Below are positions 1 through 13,849 of a stretch of DNA of 64,000 bases, piece after piece. The notes beneath the pieces were generated by a model. It did not search any database. It was not told the DNA's origin and saw only the letters and a list, made by a program, of their open reading frames with translations. Both the position numbers and the translations under genes were made by a program. Source of the DNA: Paramecium tetraurelia (lineage: Eukaryota); NCBI GenBank assembly GCA_000165425.1, contig CT868274.1, positions 372,001 through 436,000 of the forward strand. Reading direction: 5' to 3'. Position 1 is the stretch's first letter. Each line of letters begins with the position of its first letter.

Positions 1-2285
1 ATGCTCTCATTTATCTATTGTCCATTGAAATATGACCCTGCTAATTGTGTACAATATTAAACTATTTTAGTGGATGAAGGTTGAATTCGATCACAAAATC
101 AGTTTAAAAGACATACCCAATCTTAAGGATTGCTATTCCTTACAATCCCCTGCTCACATTTATCACATCAGATCAATTAGATCATTACAGAGTTTAACTG
201 ACGAAGAGAACCATTAAATTATCGCAAAGGTCAATCCAGCTTATTTAAAAATTGCTTGTATGACTATATTTATCTATTTTTAGTTTCATATTTGGCGGAA
301 TGCATAAATGAGGATCACTTAAAAAATTGTAACTTCAATCATTTAACTTAATTAATGATATTTTATTTAGAAAAAGAATAAGACATTTCAATTTACTTCT
401 GTTTACATTATAATATCCCTTATGCTTTTTTTTACTACATCAATTATGAGCAATCCTCTACATTTCTCATTAATCTCTTCTTATAAATTAATTCTTTGGG
501 CCATTTTGTTACAGAACATCAATAAAAATTGTATGATCAAGTGTGGTCCTATTTTAAGGCAGCTAAACTGTTTGAAGATATTGTTAATTTACTATTGAAC
601 CCAAAAAGTAAATAGGATTTGTTATTTAAATGCTCATAAAACTTTAGGAATAACAATATGCTTGAAGCCTTCACTCTACATCCAGATTTCCATTTGAAAG
701 AAAAAGTCTATTAGTAAAACGAAAATAATTTTAATTTTACTGTTGAAGAAAAGATACACTTAAAATGGGACATAGATTAACTTAAGCCATTTGTCCAAAA
801 GAAGACCATCAAATAATTATCTTTTTTCAACAAAGTTTCAAATAAGATTTTACCCCCAGCCAATGAAAAACCAGCATCTATGATGGATGTTATCAGAGTG
901 GCTATCTAGAATGCAGAAATCATCAACGAACCTCATAAAAAGAGATAATCAAGAGCCACTAGAGAAAAGTTAATAGTGTTAAGGAGTGCTTCAGTAATGT
1001 TCGACTTAGATGAATAAGATTCAGTGAAGGATCCATTTGTTCCTTATAACTACAACCCTAATCCTTTAGAATTAAGAGTTGAAACCAAGGAGAGCAATAC
1101 AAAGTATGATTAAAAATCAGTTTCATTTATTAAGGATAGTCATAAAAATATACAGAAAAAGCATTCAAGAAATATGTCATTTTAATTGTATCCTTTGTCA
1201 CTGAAAGATGTCACACTTGGCAAATGGGATCACGAATAAAAATAAGATCAATATCAAATAGAGAAGTATTCTAAGATAATAATAATTTAATAGTTTAATG
1301 AAGGATGAACCCTTTTGTTATAACCTACTTTAGTTTTTATCAACAATAATTTAGTAATTGATCTTAGGAGATCATAAGTTATTTTCCAAGACTCATAGTA
1401 TGGGTAGCAGACAATAATTGTTGGGAACCATCTTGCTGGATGAAAATTGTAAAGTCTTTGACAATCTAATGAAGGTAATATTTGATTATTATGATCAAGA
1501 TATACTTGTTTAAGATTAAACTAACTCCATATGTAAAAGAAAATAGTTCGGTCATTTGTGGATAACTAGTCAATCTTATTATTAAGAAGAAGCCTGAATA
1601 TATGAACTTCTAAGATAATGGCTAAACCTATATCGATTATCTGTGTAAAGTGATCATCAACTCTTTATCATGGAAAACCTCCTCAACCTAAGTTATTGAA
1701 TTGGACATCAGTAAAACCTTGCTTTGTGAAACACTTTATCTATTAATTGAATATGGGATGAGCAGAGGACAAACACAATTACTGAATAGGATAACTGCTA
1801 CCACTTGGAGTTGTCTAATAGAAATCTGCAAATAGTGCTTCCCCATTCGACCCAATCAAACCTTTTAAGGGATATTTACCAAACTTTTGAAATTAAATTT
1901 GGAATTTGGATCAGAATTCAACATCCATACGATATTTATGAAATTAAATTTATTGAGTGTGGTTAAATAATTGGCAGAACTGACACAATCAAATTAGGTG
2001 TAAAATAAGAAATTTAATTATTTAAATGAATTTATAAAGTCAATTTGCAATTTGATATGCAAATTTATTAATAAACAATCATCAAAGGAATGTTTTAGAA
2101 TTATTTAAAGTCTTGATTCATGGAATTACCTTAAATAGCAATATAAAATTATAACTCATAACCATGCCAATAGTTTTTATAGTGTGGATTCGAGATAAAT
2201 TAATAATTCAACTCCAGCAACAAGTTAGAGCTTTACAAAAATCAGAATTCGAAAATCTAACCATTCCCAACTATCAAAAGAATGA
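1..2285 (+). CDS. Hypothetical protein, 5'-truncated by the window, several tiny introns
   Basis: Long code-6 frames joined by GT..AG introns at about 49-70, 1266-1293 and 1475-1499. Ends ...SQLSKE-TGA at 2283-2285. Exon joins around 500-650 are uncertain. Confidence 0.7.
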
Positions 2286-2331
2286 TTCATAAATATGTAT
2301 TTATAATTATATAAACATTTGATTATTAACT

Positions 2332-3225
2332 TCATTCTATTTATTTAAATAAATTCTTAATTTAATCTTTCAGCTATTTCAAAGTAAGTGTATCATTGAC
2401 CGAGAATTACTTTTCACTTTATTGTGAATCTAACTATTTTTATTTTGAAATGCTTAATGCTCTTTTTGAAATTTAGCCACCCTTTTGTTTCTTGGTATCA
2501 TTGTTTCCCTTTTGAGAGGGTCTCTAACCTTTGCTTATTCTTCTCCCTCTTTTTAAACCAGGTTTTTGGTCAACTTAATTTTCTTAGGTTAAATTTTCCT
2601 GGTTTTATTTATTTTCTCTTGAATCCTCTTGACTCTTATTCTCCTCATTTTCATCAATTTGTTTTTCTTAAATTATTTGTTAATTTATGGATGTTTGACT
2701 TTTCAAGGGTTGTTAGGAATTACTTTCTTTTTCAGAAATTACCTCATAAGAGATTACCAACTCCTATTTTAACTCTCTATTTGATGCGACATGCTTGTTA
2801 TTTTCTAATGTAACATAATTTTTTATATATACATTCTTCTTTGATCACTTCTTATGATTTTTTTTCTTCTGATTTTTCTTTACTTTCACTCTTTTCTTCT
2901 ATTATAGGCTATATGACTTTTGTGGGTTTTTCATCTGCTGTTTCATACATTGTTTCCGAAGAGGATTCGTCTTTGCGGTATTTTGATTTTTCGCCTCCAT
3001 TTGTGAATCTCACTTTTAAACTAAATTTTTCTTGGTCTGTTGCAGTCATATTATTCCATTCCGTCATTAATTACTCAAATAATCGGGCTTTGTTTTCATA
3101 CAATTCTTCAGGACTATATTAATGAATTTTGTAATCCATAAAATATAAAAGCTGAGTGGACTTAACTAATGATATTCAATGATTACTAATCTAATTGGAT
3201 TAGGTTTTCCTGTTTCATTGTTCAT
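2332..3225 (-). CDS. Hypothetical charged/low-complexity protein with a possible degenerate HMG-box-like N-terminus
   Basis: ATG at 3225 (MNNETGKPNP...), then LLYFMDYK...ARLFEQLMTEWNNMTATDQENF and a Q/E/K-rich tail with basic KRGRR. Intron at about 2805-2832. TGA at 2332-2334. Confidence 0.7.
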
Positions 3226-3744
3226 GATAGCAAAAATAATAAAATTCTTTGAATTTAAAATAATACTATCAAATATCAAAATAATAAAACATACAAAATA
3301 TTTCAATTTGAAAATAATAATAAAAAAAAAAAAGGATTAACAAATAGAGAATTATGAATAAATAAAATAAGAGTTTCTAATAATTGCTATTGATGTGTAA
3401 TTTGAATTAATAAAATATAAATGATAAAAATTAGAGGATAGAATGAGAATAGGATTTTCTTTTTAAAATTAAGTAAATGTGTATCTGTTCTTGAATTAAT
3501 AAACTTTAAATTTCTATGTGTAAACCAATTAATTCATTCTAATCTCTAACCTTATTAAGGACAAATCTAACTAAAGTGTTTTGACCGGCTCTATATTTTA
3601 CAATAAGAATTGTATTGAGCATTAAATGTCTTTTTAAAGAAAGGATTAAAATCTGGATTTGTGGTTTGATTAAGCATGAGTAGCAAACTACTGAAACCAT
3701 TGAGCTAGCTTGGCAATTCTAAATAGTGAGGTCTTTAGAAGATA

Positions 3745-6700
3745 ATGGCATTTTTGGATTTCAATTCTAAGAAACAGGGAGGAATAGTATGAATTGGTTT
3801 AAGAAATTCATAAAATATATTAGGAAATGGAAAAATAAAAAAGTCTAATTGATGTATAAAATTAAAAGTATCGGTAGCTTACTTTTGAATATGGACAGAG
3901 TTACGAGGACGAAGTAAGAAGGAAGTAGTGGTTATATGAGTATATGACTGGATGCTTGAAGGAAGTAAAAAATTTGAATGAATGATTAGAAAATTCTGGA
4001 GTTATTGAACACTATGTTTGGGGACTACATTAATGATCTGTTTCTTCTTATTAGTTTTATTCTGATTTTAGTGGGAATAGTTTAGGAGGACAACTAGGAG
4101 GATATTATATCGTCGTAATTATTGAACAATTTACAAATAGACTCATTTTGTTTATAGTGTACTTATTGCCTTTTCTGATTGAAGCAACGATTAGAGCAAT
4201 ATAATTATTTTTAGAGCAAAAATAAAGTTGGCAATCTATTTTGCAACAAACACGAATTGCTTACACTAGATTAAAGGGATTTAAACGAGAAGACATGGTT
4301 TATAGTGACACCTAGAATTACCTTAGACAGGGTCGTTCATCATCAATAAGAAGTATTTAATAACTTGACTCATAATCAAATGTACCTGATGTTCTACCAG
4401 CTTCAAACGTAGAGGATGTATTTTACAGCAATTTAAAAAGAGGAGACTTCATTCTCCTTAGTCGGAATCAATAATGTCCAGGAGACTTAGTCATATTGGA
4501 CATGAGCGATAGACATGGATACTTTTATTCAAAAAGCTATTTCAAGTAGGCTTTTCTTTAGCGCAAAGAACCCATGAAGACCACAAAAGTAGAAATGAAT
4601 GCGCCTAACAAAGGAGATTTGAATTATTTAAGAAGGATATTAAAGGGTAAACTGACATTCAATAATAACTATAATTTTGAATAATTTGAGGGTCACATAA
4701 AGTTATCCAAAGACCCCAAAGGAGAACCCATTTTGCCTGAAAATATTCTGTTTTTTGGATAGGCTCTTCAGTTCAGTGAATGGGTATTTGGAATCCTAAT
4801 CAATGTAGGAGGACAATCTTTATATAGTAGAAATTTGCAATCTGTAAAAAAACAACAGCGAAATAAGAATAGATACAAGAATCTAAGCATTTTGCAACTC
4901 TTCCTATATATTATCATGCCCATTATTGCATCCTTGATTTAATATTATGGATACCAATCCCATTAATCATTCAGCAATATTATATTACATTGTTATCAGC
5001 AATTCCTGGCTGTCCTACCCTCTTATTTAAATTTGTTTCTACATTTGTTTGATGTATTCCTAATTATCAGTGAAAATCGATCACAATAATAACAATCGAA
5101 AGACTGCAAGGAATTGATATTGGAAAATAAGTAAAATACAAAATAATAGAGTATCAATTATCCAGTCAATATGACTCAAATTATGGACACTACTCATGTA
5201 TTTCTGAATATCCAGATATTGTCTGATGCCAAGATCGAAGCCTTGTGTCATGGAGATAATATTTATCAAATAGATTAAACTCTGATTCCAGATTTAGTCA
5301 TAAATTAATCTTTTAAAAAAACACAGTTTTATTACAATTTAACTAAACAAGTGAATGACGAAAACATAGAAATTTTATAGGAGAAGATTGAAACCATCAG
5401 TCCAAATGTGCCTCCTCAGAAATTAAGCATAAATTCTCATCAATAATATAATGTCATCATTAGTAAAGAAACTGCATAAAACAAGAGACCATTCTTTAAA
5501 TAGAATACTTAAACTCTTCATTCTCCAGTACTCAATAATCCAAACAGTGCCAGACCCTCTTTAGAAATCTTTCACAGTATGGACGGAGGAGGGTTCATCT
5601 CATCCACTTTAGCTGGGAATCTTCTCAATCAATAACAACATAGTTAAGTTAGTCAGGAACCTGAAGAAGAACAGGTTAAATAAATCCAAATTTACAGAGA
5701 AAATACACTTGTTGAACTAGGACTAAACTAACCTTTTTAATATTTTGAGTTGTTTTCTGTCATTTCTTTATGTCATCTAACAAGAAGTGAGTTGATGACT
5801 AGTGGAGAAGAAAACAGGTCATCTTAGAAAAATTCAAAATTAGGATTCTCAGAAAGGGAAAGAATCAGAAAACCTAAATTCAATATAGACTAATACTTTC
5901 TAGCTGAGGATGAAGCCCTGTTAAAATTAAGCAAATTATTTAAAATTTCATATAAGACTTATGGATTTAATAGACAAGAGTAACTTTGTTATGTATTGAA
6001 AATTAATGATTTAGAAATTCCATATTAAATTCATTATAGATTATATCATCAAGGATTTATAGATTACGATGAAACAAAAAATAATAAGATGTTTAAGATC
6101 CCATCCAGATTTATCGCCATGATGATTTAGGATAACAACTTTTAGCTTAAAGAATCAAACCAATTGGTATTATTGTGTAGATTTTGCATTGTAACTATTT
6201 CAGATATACCTGGATATGAGAAATTCGATTTAGTCAAGAAAGCATCCTTATAGAAATAGATCCAATATTTAATCAATAGAGGAGATATAATCATTTGCTT
6301 TTTGAAGATGTCAATTAAAGAACAAGATCTCCAGGAATCAAAGAGTTTGATCATAAATGACTATGATAAAACTATTTAATTGATAGAGTTAATATCTGAA
6401 AATTAGTATGACATTATTGGCCTTTTTGGAATTAGTTAAAATGATAATTAGGACTTAATAAAGGAATCGTTTATCACTAACAGATCTAGGATAGTTATTC
6501 AATCAGAGAAACCATATGAATTGGTTCTACCATTTTGTATTAAGAATAGTGTTTTGCACAATGAAACTATTACTTATAATTTCTAGTCTTCTTCTAGAGA
6601 TGACATTCTATATCAAATTAGATAAATTATCAGTAGTCTAAATCAAGAAGATCCAAAGAAAAGTTCCACTTTAACAAATCGTAGAAATGCTTAAATTTAA

Positions 6701-9700
6701 AATGATAAAATTAAGATCAATAACAATGCCTTAATTATAGATGGAAATGTGTTGGATTTAATCTTAAATGATAAATACCTGACTAATCATTTTGGATTTA
6801 TAATTCATTTTAATAAAATTATTATAGTCTACAACATGAACAACAACTTGAAATAGAAACTATTGAATTTTGTAACTAAATATGATAGTGAATATTATTC
6901 GTCGTTATGTGTTAATTATAGTGCAGGATCACACGGATTAGTAAAGATGAGTAATTTCTCTTATTAAAGACATGAGGAGATTGAATCAGACGTGATGGGT
7001 TTTATTAACCAATATTCTGTAAATATTGATGAATTAGAATTGTTTGATAATCTAGTCATCAAGACTGGGTTTCAACTCTTTTAAATTAAGGATGCCACTT
7101 AACGTATATGTATTCAATGGAACCTATGTTTTGCTTTATTGTAAATGACATTATATTGTTTTCCTGATTATAATGGCTAATTATTATTTAAAGATAGATT
7201 ATTAATATTGCAAATACTGGTGCCTGCAATAATATTGATATATTCAATTAAGACAATATTTGTAGAATAAGAATACTTGACTGTGAAGATAAATACAATA
7301 AAGTAGAAATCACTTGACTTGAAGAATAATCACATAGTAGAATTACTATTAGAAACTTTGATGGATGTATTTCTACTGACAATTGTTAGATATACGTGCT
7401 ATATGAATAACATTTAGATTGAACTCTACAATACTAAAGAGGAGATTGCCATATTCTTTAGTTTTATTTTGATAATTCATGTCTTAAAGTTGGCATTTTT
7501 GTCAAAGGAAATCTATTTGAGACTATTCTTATCTTTGAGCACTTTACTGTTGATACTCTTGCATATCACAATAGAGATGATAAGTTTGGATTATGTGTTA
7601 TTGAGAGTGTTATTAATACAACCTACAACTATAATGTCTTTTCTGAGTTTATTGGGGTTAAAAATAGTTATGAATTTATTTGGGCAATTTAGTATATACT
7701 TATATAAGAACTTCTTGGAGAGATCTCAGTAAGATATTGACTTTAATTTGATTTTGGAAATCATAACAAAGGAATTGTAGAGTGTAAAGAATATTTAATA
7801 TTTGATAAAGAAGGTATTTTAGGATTCAGAGATAGATCTATCTGTTAAGTAGATATTGGGAGACAACAAGAATCAGTTAATTTAATTAAACAATTATACA
7901 TTGAATTTTGAAGAACAGGTTTATAATTTGGAATTCATCCAGATGTACATATCGAAATGGAAATTCATAGGGATTATCACAAACTTGAGTTATTTCTTCG
8001 GTTTGGACATATTTTTGTTGATACATTACGGATTGAGATTCTAAAAGATAAACACAGCTCTATTTTCAATTATGCTGTTTATGACATTCTGCTAGGTGTT
8101 TCTTATTAATTAATCATGTTATCCTAGTTACAAGAAGTTGATAATCTATTTTGGATTTCTGTAAACCATTTATAGATTATTCATCATAAGTGTAGATGTG
8201 TATGACTAGGAGAACAAGATGTACGCATTCATCTTCTATTATCTGGTCATATTTTCATTGACTCAGCAGATCAATTATAAGTATGTGTTTATAGTGATCC
8301 AATAAATTATTACCTTAGTATCTGGGATAGTTATGCTGTATGCAAATCAAAAACAACATGCTGATGATGTGTATTTAGGTGAAATCATAGTATTGTTTGT
8401 GTCTTTCAGCATTATTTCTCTATAATCTCGTTACCAGGATGACGTAACACAACGTGAAGATTACATATGTTGGAAGGTCTTAGAAATTGAAAGATCAAAG
8501 CATCAATCAGTAATGTCATTGTTGTTGCCTCCATTTGTTTTGGGTAGACTCGATCAAGGCCATCTAGATTTCTCAGAGAATTAAGGATTGGTTGGCATCA
8601 TCTTTGTAGACATGTGCAGTTTTGATGTGATAGTCAGTGAAGAGGATCAAAACATCGTATAATTGATGGATAACATCTATCGACAATTTGATTAAATCTG
8701 TTCATCAACAAATTGTCAGAAAATAGAAACTGTAGGGAAGACCTACATGGCTTGTTCAGGATTGAAATGTGTAGAGAAATTTCAGCCGAAGGGTCAACAT
8801 TTGAAGAACCCTATTGAAAGATTGGTGGAGTTGGCTTTTGGGATCTAGCAAGAGATCACTAATTTCAAATGGGGAACCAATCAAAAGAGTTTTGGATTGA
8901 AAATTGGTATTCATTATGGTAGAGTGTTAATGGGTGTAATTGGATCAATTAAACCTCAATTTTCATTGATTGGAGATACAGTCAACACGACTAGTAGATT
9001 ATGTGCTCATTGTCCTGAAGGTTTAATTCAGATGTCTCTTCAAGCTTATGATCAGATCAAAAATGTTAAATCAATTAAATTCACTACAAATAAAATCGAG
9101 GCAAAGGGGAAGGGTATAATAGATACTTTTTTGATTGAGAAGAAAAGGAGTTTCGAATAATCATTTAACAACAAATAGAAAAAATCAGAAATGCCTCATA
9201 TTGATTAAAAGTTGAAATTTGTATTGAATAATTAACAGCAATAGCAAAATTCCTTTCGAAATCCTAAGCAAACAAGCATTTCAGCAATTAGACAGAAGAC
9301 TACAAGACATTTAACTTACAAACTAATTCCTTTAGAAATAGGAGGAAATTCAATAATTAAATCCTCCATAGAACAATTAAACTTAATAACCACCAACATA
9401 ATAGATGATATCTACTTAACAATAAGGTACTGGATAAAAGGCAGGAAATCTTAATTTCACTGCTAGTTAGTTGTAGTTATTCAGAAAATAAACTAAAAGG
9501 AATCTAATGAACAATTACATCAATTTACCTTCCATGAATTAGATCACGTCTCCTCAAGCCTTAAATCAGATGTAATCAAATCAGAATGTTCTTGCTCCGA
9601 GTAATAAGTTGATTCATTAGAAATCTATCTTCAGTCATTAATAATAACAGACTCAACAAACTCAATTAGATAAAATAGATAAGTATCAATTACAATCATC

Positions 9701-11299
9701 GATTCAAATTCCATAGTAGGATCCCTCAAATTTGAATATCATAAGTGGAATCCCTGATATACCATTAGATCAATCTTTGAATGTCATGGACTCTTCAATC
9801 AAAGAACAAACTCCACTTAATTGCAGAAAGGATGACCAGAAGAAGTTTATTGATACTACGATTAGGATGATCAAATTTAATGATATAGAATTATTCATAA
9901 AATCTAAACCAGAAGTGTTCAATAAGACTATCCCTCTATTTAAGATCCAAGAGTTTTTTCTTGAAGGCAAAAGCACAACAATTCAAGAGAATAACAATAA
10001 TAAATGGCATTTGATTTCGAAAGAATTTCTATTTGAAGCATTTAAGAATAGTGATGATGTCACCAAATACTACGAGAATGAATTAGAAAATGGCATCAGA
10101 AGTGTAATGATCTCATTGCTGCTCCTATTAATAATACACATCTTCTTCATAATATTTTCTCAATTGCAATCAGTAAATACCTAATAGGCAGTAATAAGAG
10201 CACTGGGTTGTTTTTTTATTCTAATTGAATTGTACTTCTTGTAGACTCACTTTTTTGAATGGAAAAGAAAGAGATTATTGTAAGTTATACTTATACAACT
10301 TGTGAGTCAATGCATCATCTTGGGAGTGTTCTATGATTAAGATAAGGACAAATCAGTAATCTTGTCAATTGAATCTATTATTACAAGTTGTCTCCTATTT
10401 GCTCACAAATGGCTTTATGTTCAAGAGAAGATCTTAATTTGTGCCTTCATGTTCACTGTCTGGTTAATCATTATCAGCTCCGTATTCATCATAGATATTT
10501 GGGAGGTATTCTTCCTATTAATTTCCATTGCTCTATTGCTATAAAGAGAACTATTAAGTTATTTGTTTTCTTACAAGCAAATGCTCAACTAATAACAAAT
10601 AGAGATCAAAAAGGAAGACAAGATGAATCTTTTAAGTTGTCTATTGCCTATTCATGTGTTGAGTCAATTCTTAGATGATTCCACTAACTCAAGGAAATTC
10701 TCTGATGTCTACAATGATTGTACTATCTTATTTGCCGATATTGCTGGATTCACTAAGTATTCTTCAAGTGTCCAACCAGAGGAGGTTGTCTCTATGCTTA
10801 AAAATTTATTCGATGAGTTTGATAAACTAACCTAAATACACAATGTATTCAAATTGTATACAATTGGAGACTGCTATGTTGTGATTGGAGTAACTGATAA
10901 TTTCAAAAGAGATCCCATTCAAGAAGCATTCAATGTTGTTGAAATGAGTCTCAATATGTTGGAAGCTATAAGCTTGGTTCGAAATTAAATTAATTACCAC
11001 GATCTTCATATGAGAATTGGAATACACACGGTATTTTTATATATATATCCTAGGGTAATGTTATTGGGGGTATTATTGGAACAGATATCATCAGATATGA
11101 TGTCTATGGAAAAGACATTCTTATTGCCAATAAAATGGAGAGCAGTTCTGAAGAAGGTAGAGTGCTGATATCAGAGACCACTAAGAAATTAATAGAAGAC
11201 AACTTCGCTTAATCCTATATTTTCAATGGAAGAAAATTAATTAATATTCCCTCTATAAACACAACTATTACTGGTTTCTTCTTAGAAACTGCAATTTGA
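3745..11299 (+). CDS. Alveolate-type bifunctional guanylyl cyclase: degenerate P4-ATPase-like N-terminal module plus two TM clusters and two class III cyclase domains
   Basis: Actuator-like LKRGDFILLSRNQQCPGDLVILD (~4430-4500) and FEGHIKLSKDPKGEPILPENILFFG..EWVFGILINVG (~4685-4810). C1: FVDMCSF/KIETVGKTYMA/KIGIHYG/QFSLIGDTVNTTSR (~8600-9000). C2: FADIAGFT/KLYTIGDCYV/RIGIHTG/RYDVYG (~10730-11110). Intron 11031-11053, TGA 11297-11299. Start approximate (3745 or 3827). Confidence 0.93.
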
Positions 11300-11697
11300 T
11301 TAATTAATATCCTACATATATTATTTATATTTTGGATTTCTATAAATTATACATCATTTTTGATGATGTTTCGTCAATTTTAATAGGTGTTTTTATTCTA
11401 AAAATCGCATTTTATATCCATTATTCAATTAAGACTTTGAGAAATCGAGTTCTTTTAAAAAAGTAATTTAATTAGAGATGAGATATTTGTAAAGTATTTA
11501 TTATTGAATCTGTATATCATTTAATAGATATTTTCAAATATTTACAATGTATTATTATTTGAAATAAAGTATTTATATAAAAAGTAAGGTTTCACTAATG
11601 GAAGTATATTAATTTATAATCTAAATTTAAAGGTCTAAAATATATTGAGGTTAAATTGAACATTTAGATTATTATAATTAATTATTATAACATTTAT

Positions 11698-13717
11698 ATG
11701 AGTTCAGTTTAAAAGGAATTAGATAATTCGAATTGCAATGGAAGAGGACTGTATTTTGATTAGGTTTGTGAGTGTGATTTAGGATATTTTGGAACCGAAT
11801 GTTCTTAAAAGTTAGAAGACATACACGTTGTCTCTTATTACGCATTTATTGGATTCTTTCTGATCCTCTTTATAGTGCTATTAATTTTAACTGCGAAACA
11901 GCTTCATTTATCCGTAAAGACCAATAAAATCCCGTAATATCAAAGGTACTTTAGCAATAATAATAGTATTTAGAGGATTAAGCTATCTGAAGAATTTTCT
12001 AGGTTCCCCATTAAATTGCATTTTGTGTTTAATGGTATTGTTTAATATTTTAAAAATCTTGTGGCTTTCTTAGGATCCTTTCAAACCATTTGTAACATCA
12101 ATCATAAAAAGTAGGATTATGATAAAAGAGTATTTGAAAGAATTCTAGCAGAGGTAGTGTACACCATCCTTTTTTACATATACGGAATCCTATTAATGGT
12201 CTGGTACACAATGTACGATGAGATCTCATTCAATATTTCAGAAAGGAATAAAAAATCGAAACTTCAATTATTATTTGGGGATGAATTAAAAGTCGAAACC
12301 AGAAAGTGGATATTCGTATATTACAAAGATATAATGAAAATAAGACTTTTCTTTGTCTTGTTGATACAATTAACAATTAGTACATTAAATGGTAACATCA
12401 ATATGTAATTAGGATTAAGACTAAGCTAAAAGTATAAGACAATACTTTATATTGCGTATTCAATTTTGCTCCTGAATTTCATGTAATATTTATCTACTAT
12501 ACAAAGTTCCTTTATATTAGAATTCTATATTTATGGGAGATCACTTAATCAATGCATAGAGTCTCAACTAAGGAAATTAGATGGAGATAGTGACAAGGAG
12601 ATTCAAGAAAAGTCTGGCCAAGTGAATTAGTAACAACAAGTAAGTGAATTTAATATATTTGTAAAGATAGTGTACTCCAAGAATTCATTTGGAATTTAAT
12701 AAGAAGAATAACTCCAATCACCAGAAACACAAGATTAATAAGTGTTGAGAATTAGTTCTTAGAGTGAATGTGAAGATAACAATGAGTAAATATAAGCATA
12801 ACGAGCGTTTCTCTCCGTCGAAAGATATCATCTTACAAATATCAAAAAGTCAGTCTCCTTTAAGAAATAATTGAATACAATTAAAGAAATTCCAAATGAA
12901 TTGAGTAATGTAAAAGTAGTTCAAAGCTCGCAGAATTTGGAAACAGAAAATGAGTTACAGAAAAGCAACTTGAAAACTATTGTAAGTGAGGATTCGTAGA
13001 GTTCCAAAGAGGAGGGAGCCATTCATTAGAAAATGAATTCTTGTTTATTGAAAGAGGATGACAATGTTTAGGAGAGTATACCTTGGGACATATAGAAGAA
13101 TAGATAGAATATTAGAAATATTAAGACCATGCAGATAAAGATTGTTGAGAAGACAAAATAGTAAGTAAGTGAAATAAAAAAGTTTAAGAAGGCTACAATT
13201 AAAAATATTAATAGGGAAGCTTTATTTGATACTCAATAAAATGAAGATCGAAAATCAAAGATCTTATCAGCTGAAGATTTTTAAACAGAAATGTAAGCAG
13301 AATAAAAATAAATAAAAACAGCTAATCTAAATGCAGATAAAAATGTCATAATTAAAATTCAAATTTTGATATATGCAGGAGTATTTCTAGAAATTTGTTT
13401 CGGTCTATTATCAATTGTAATTTTATTAACAGACTTATTGAAAACACCTACAGGTTAGAAATCATTAAATTAATGTAGGAACTCTATGTTATTTATATAT
13501 TTCAGCGATGTTATAGTACCTATCCTTGATGGCAGTATTGAAGTTATTTAAAGATGTGAGAAGTCCAGAAGTCTTGAATTTGATTTGGATATAAAAAGTA
13601 GGGAATGGTAAAAACAAAGTCAACCAAAAGTTTTTCTTTACGATTCCACAATTATAAACTAAAGTAGACGATTCAAAGAAGAAATTTGAATAAAGAATCA
13701 ATTTGCATATTAGATGA
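11698..13717 (+). CDS. N-terminal EGF-like domain plus about 7 transmembrane helices with a long hydrophilic loop before the last two
   Basis: CNGRGLYFDQVCECDLGYFGTECS near the start, five hydrophobic segments to ~12540, a hydrophilic loop ~12550-13340, two more hydrophobic segments, TGA 13715-13717. Several 20-30 nt introns. Confidence 0.8.
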
Positions 13718-13849
13718 AAAGTATTTTTTTTGTATATGTTAACACTCAATTAATTTTAATGACAATTCCTATATCAGTTTGATAATAATAAAAATAGATA
13801 TAACATTAAATTATTAATTTAGTTATAAAGATATATCATATTATTATTA

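Noticed and set aside
2424..3122. Plus-strand ORFs 2424-2813 and 2841-3122, and similar F/L/I-rich ORFs at 21088, 21670, 40364, 53033 and 63228
   Set aside because: They are antisense shadows of real code-6 genes on the opposite strand.
3040..3170. Firm HMG-box call for the gene at 2332-3225
   Set aside because: Only the Trp-containing helix and aromatic positions resemble an HMG box; too weak without a profile search.
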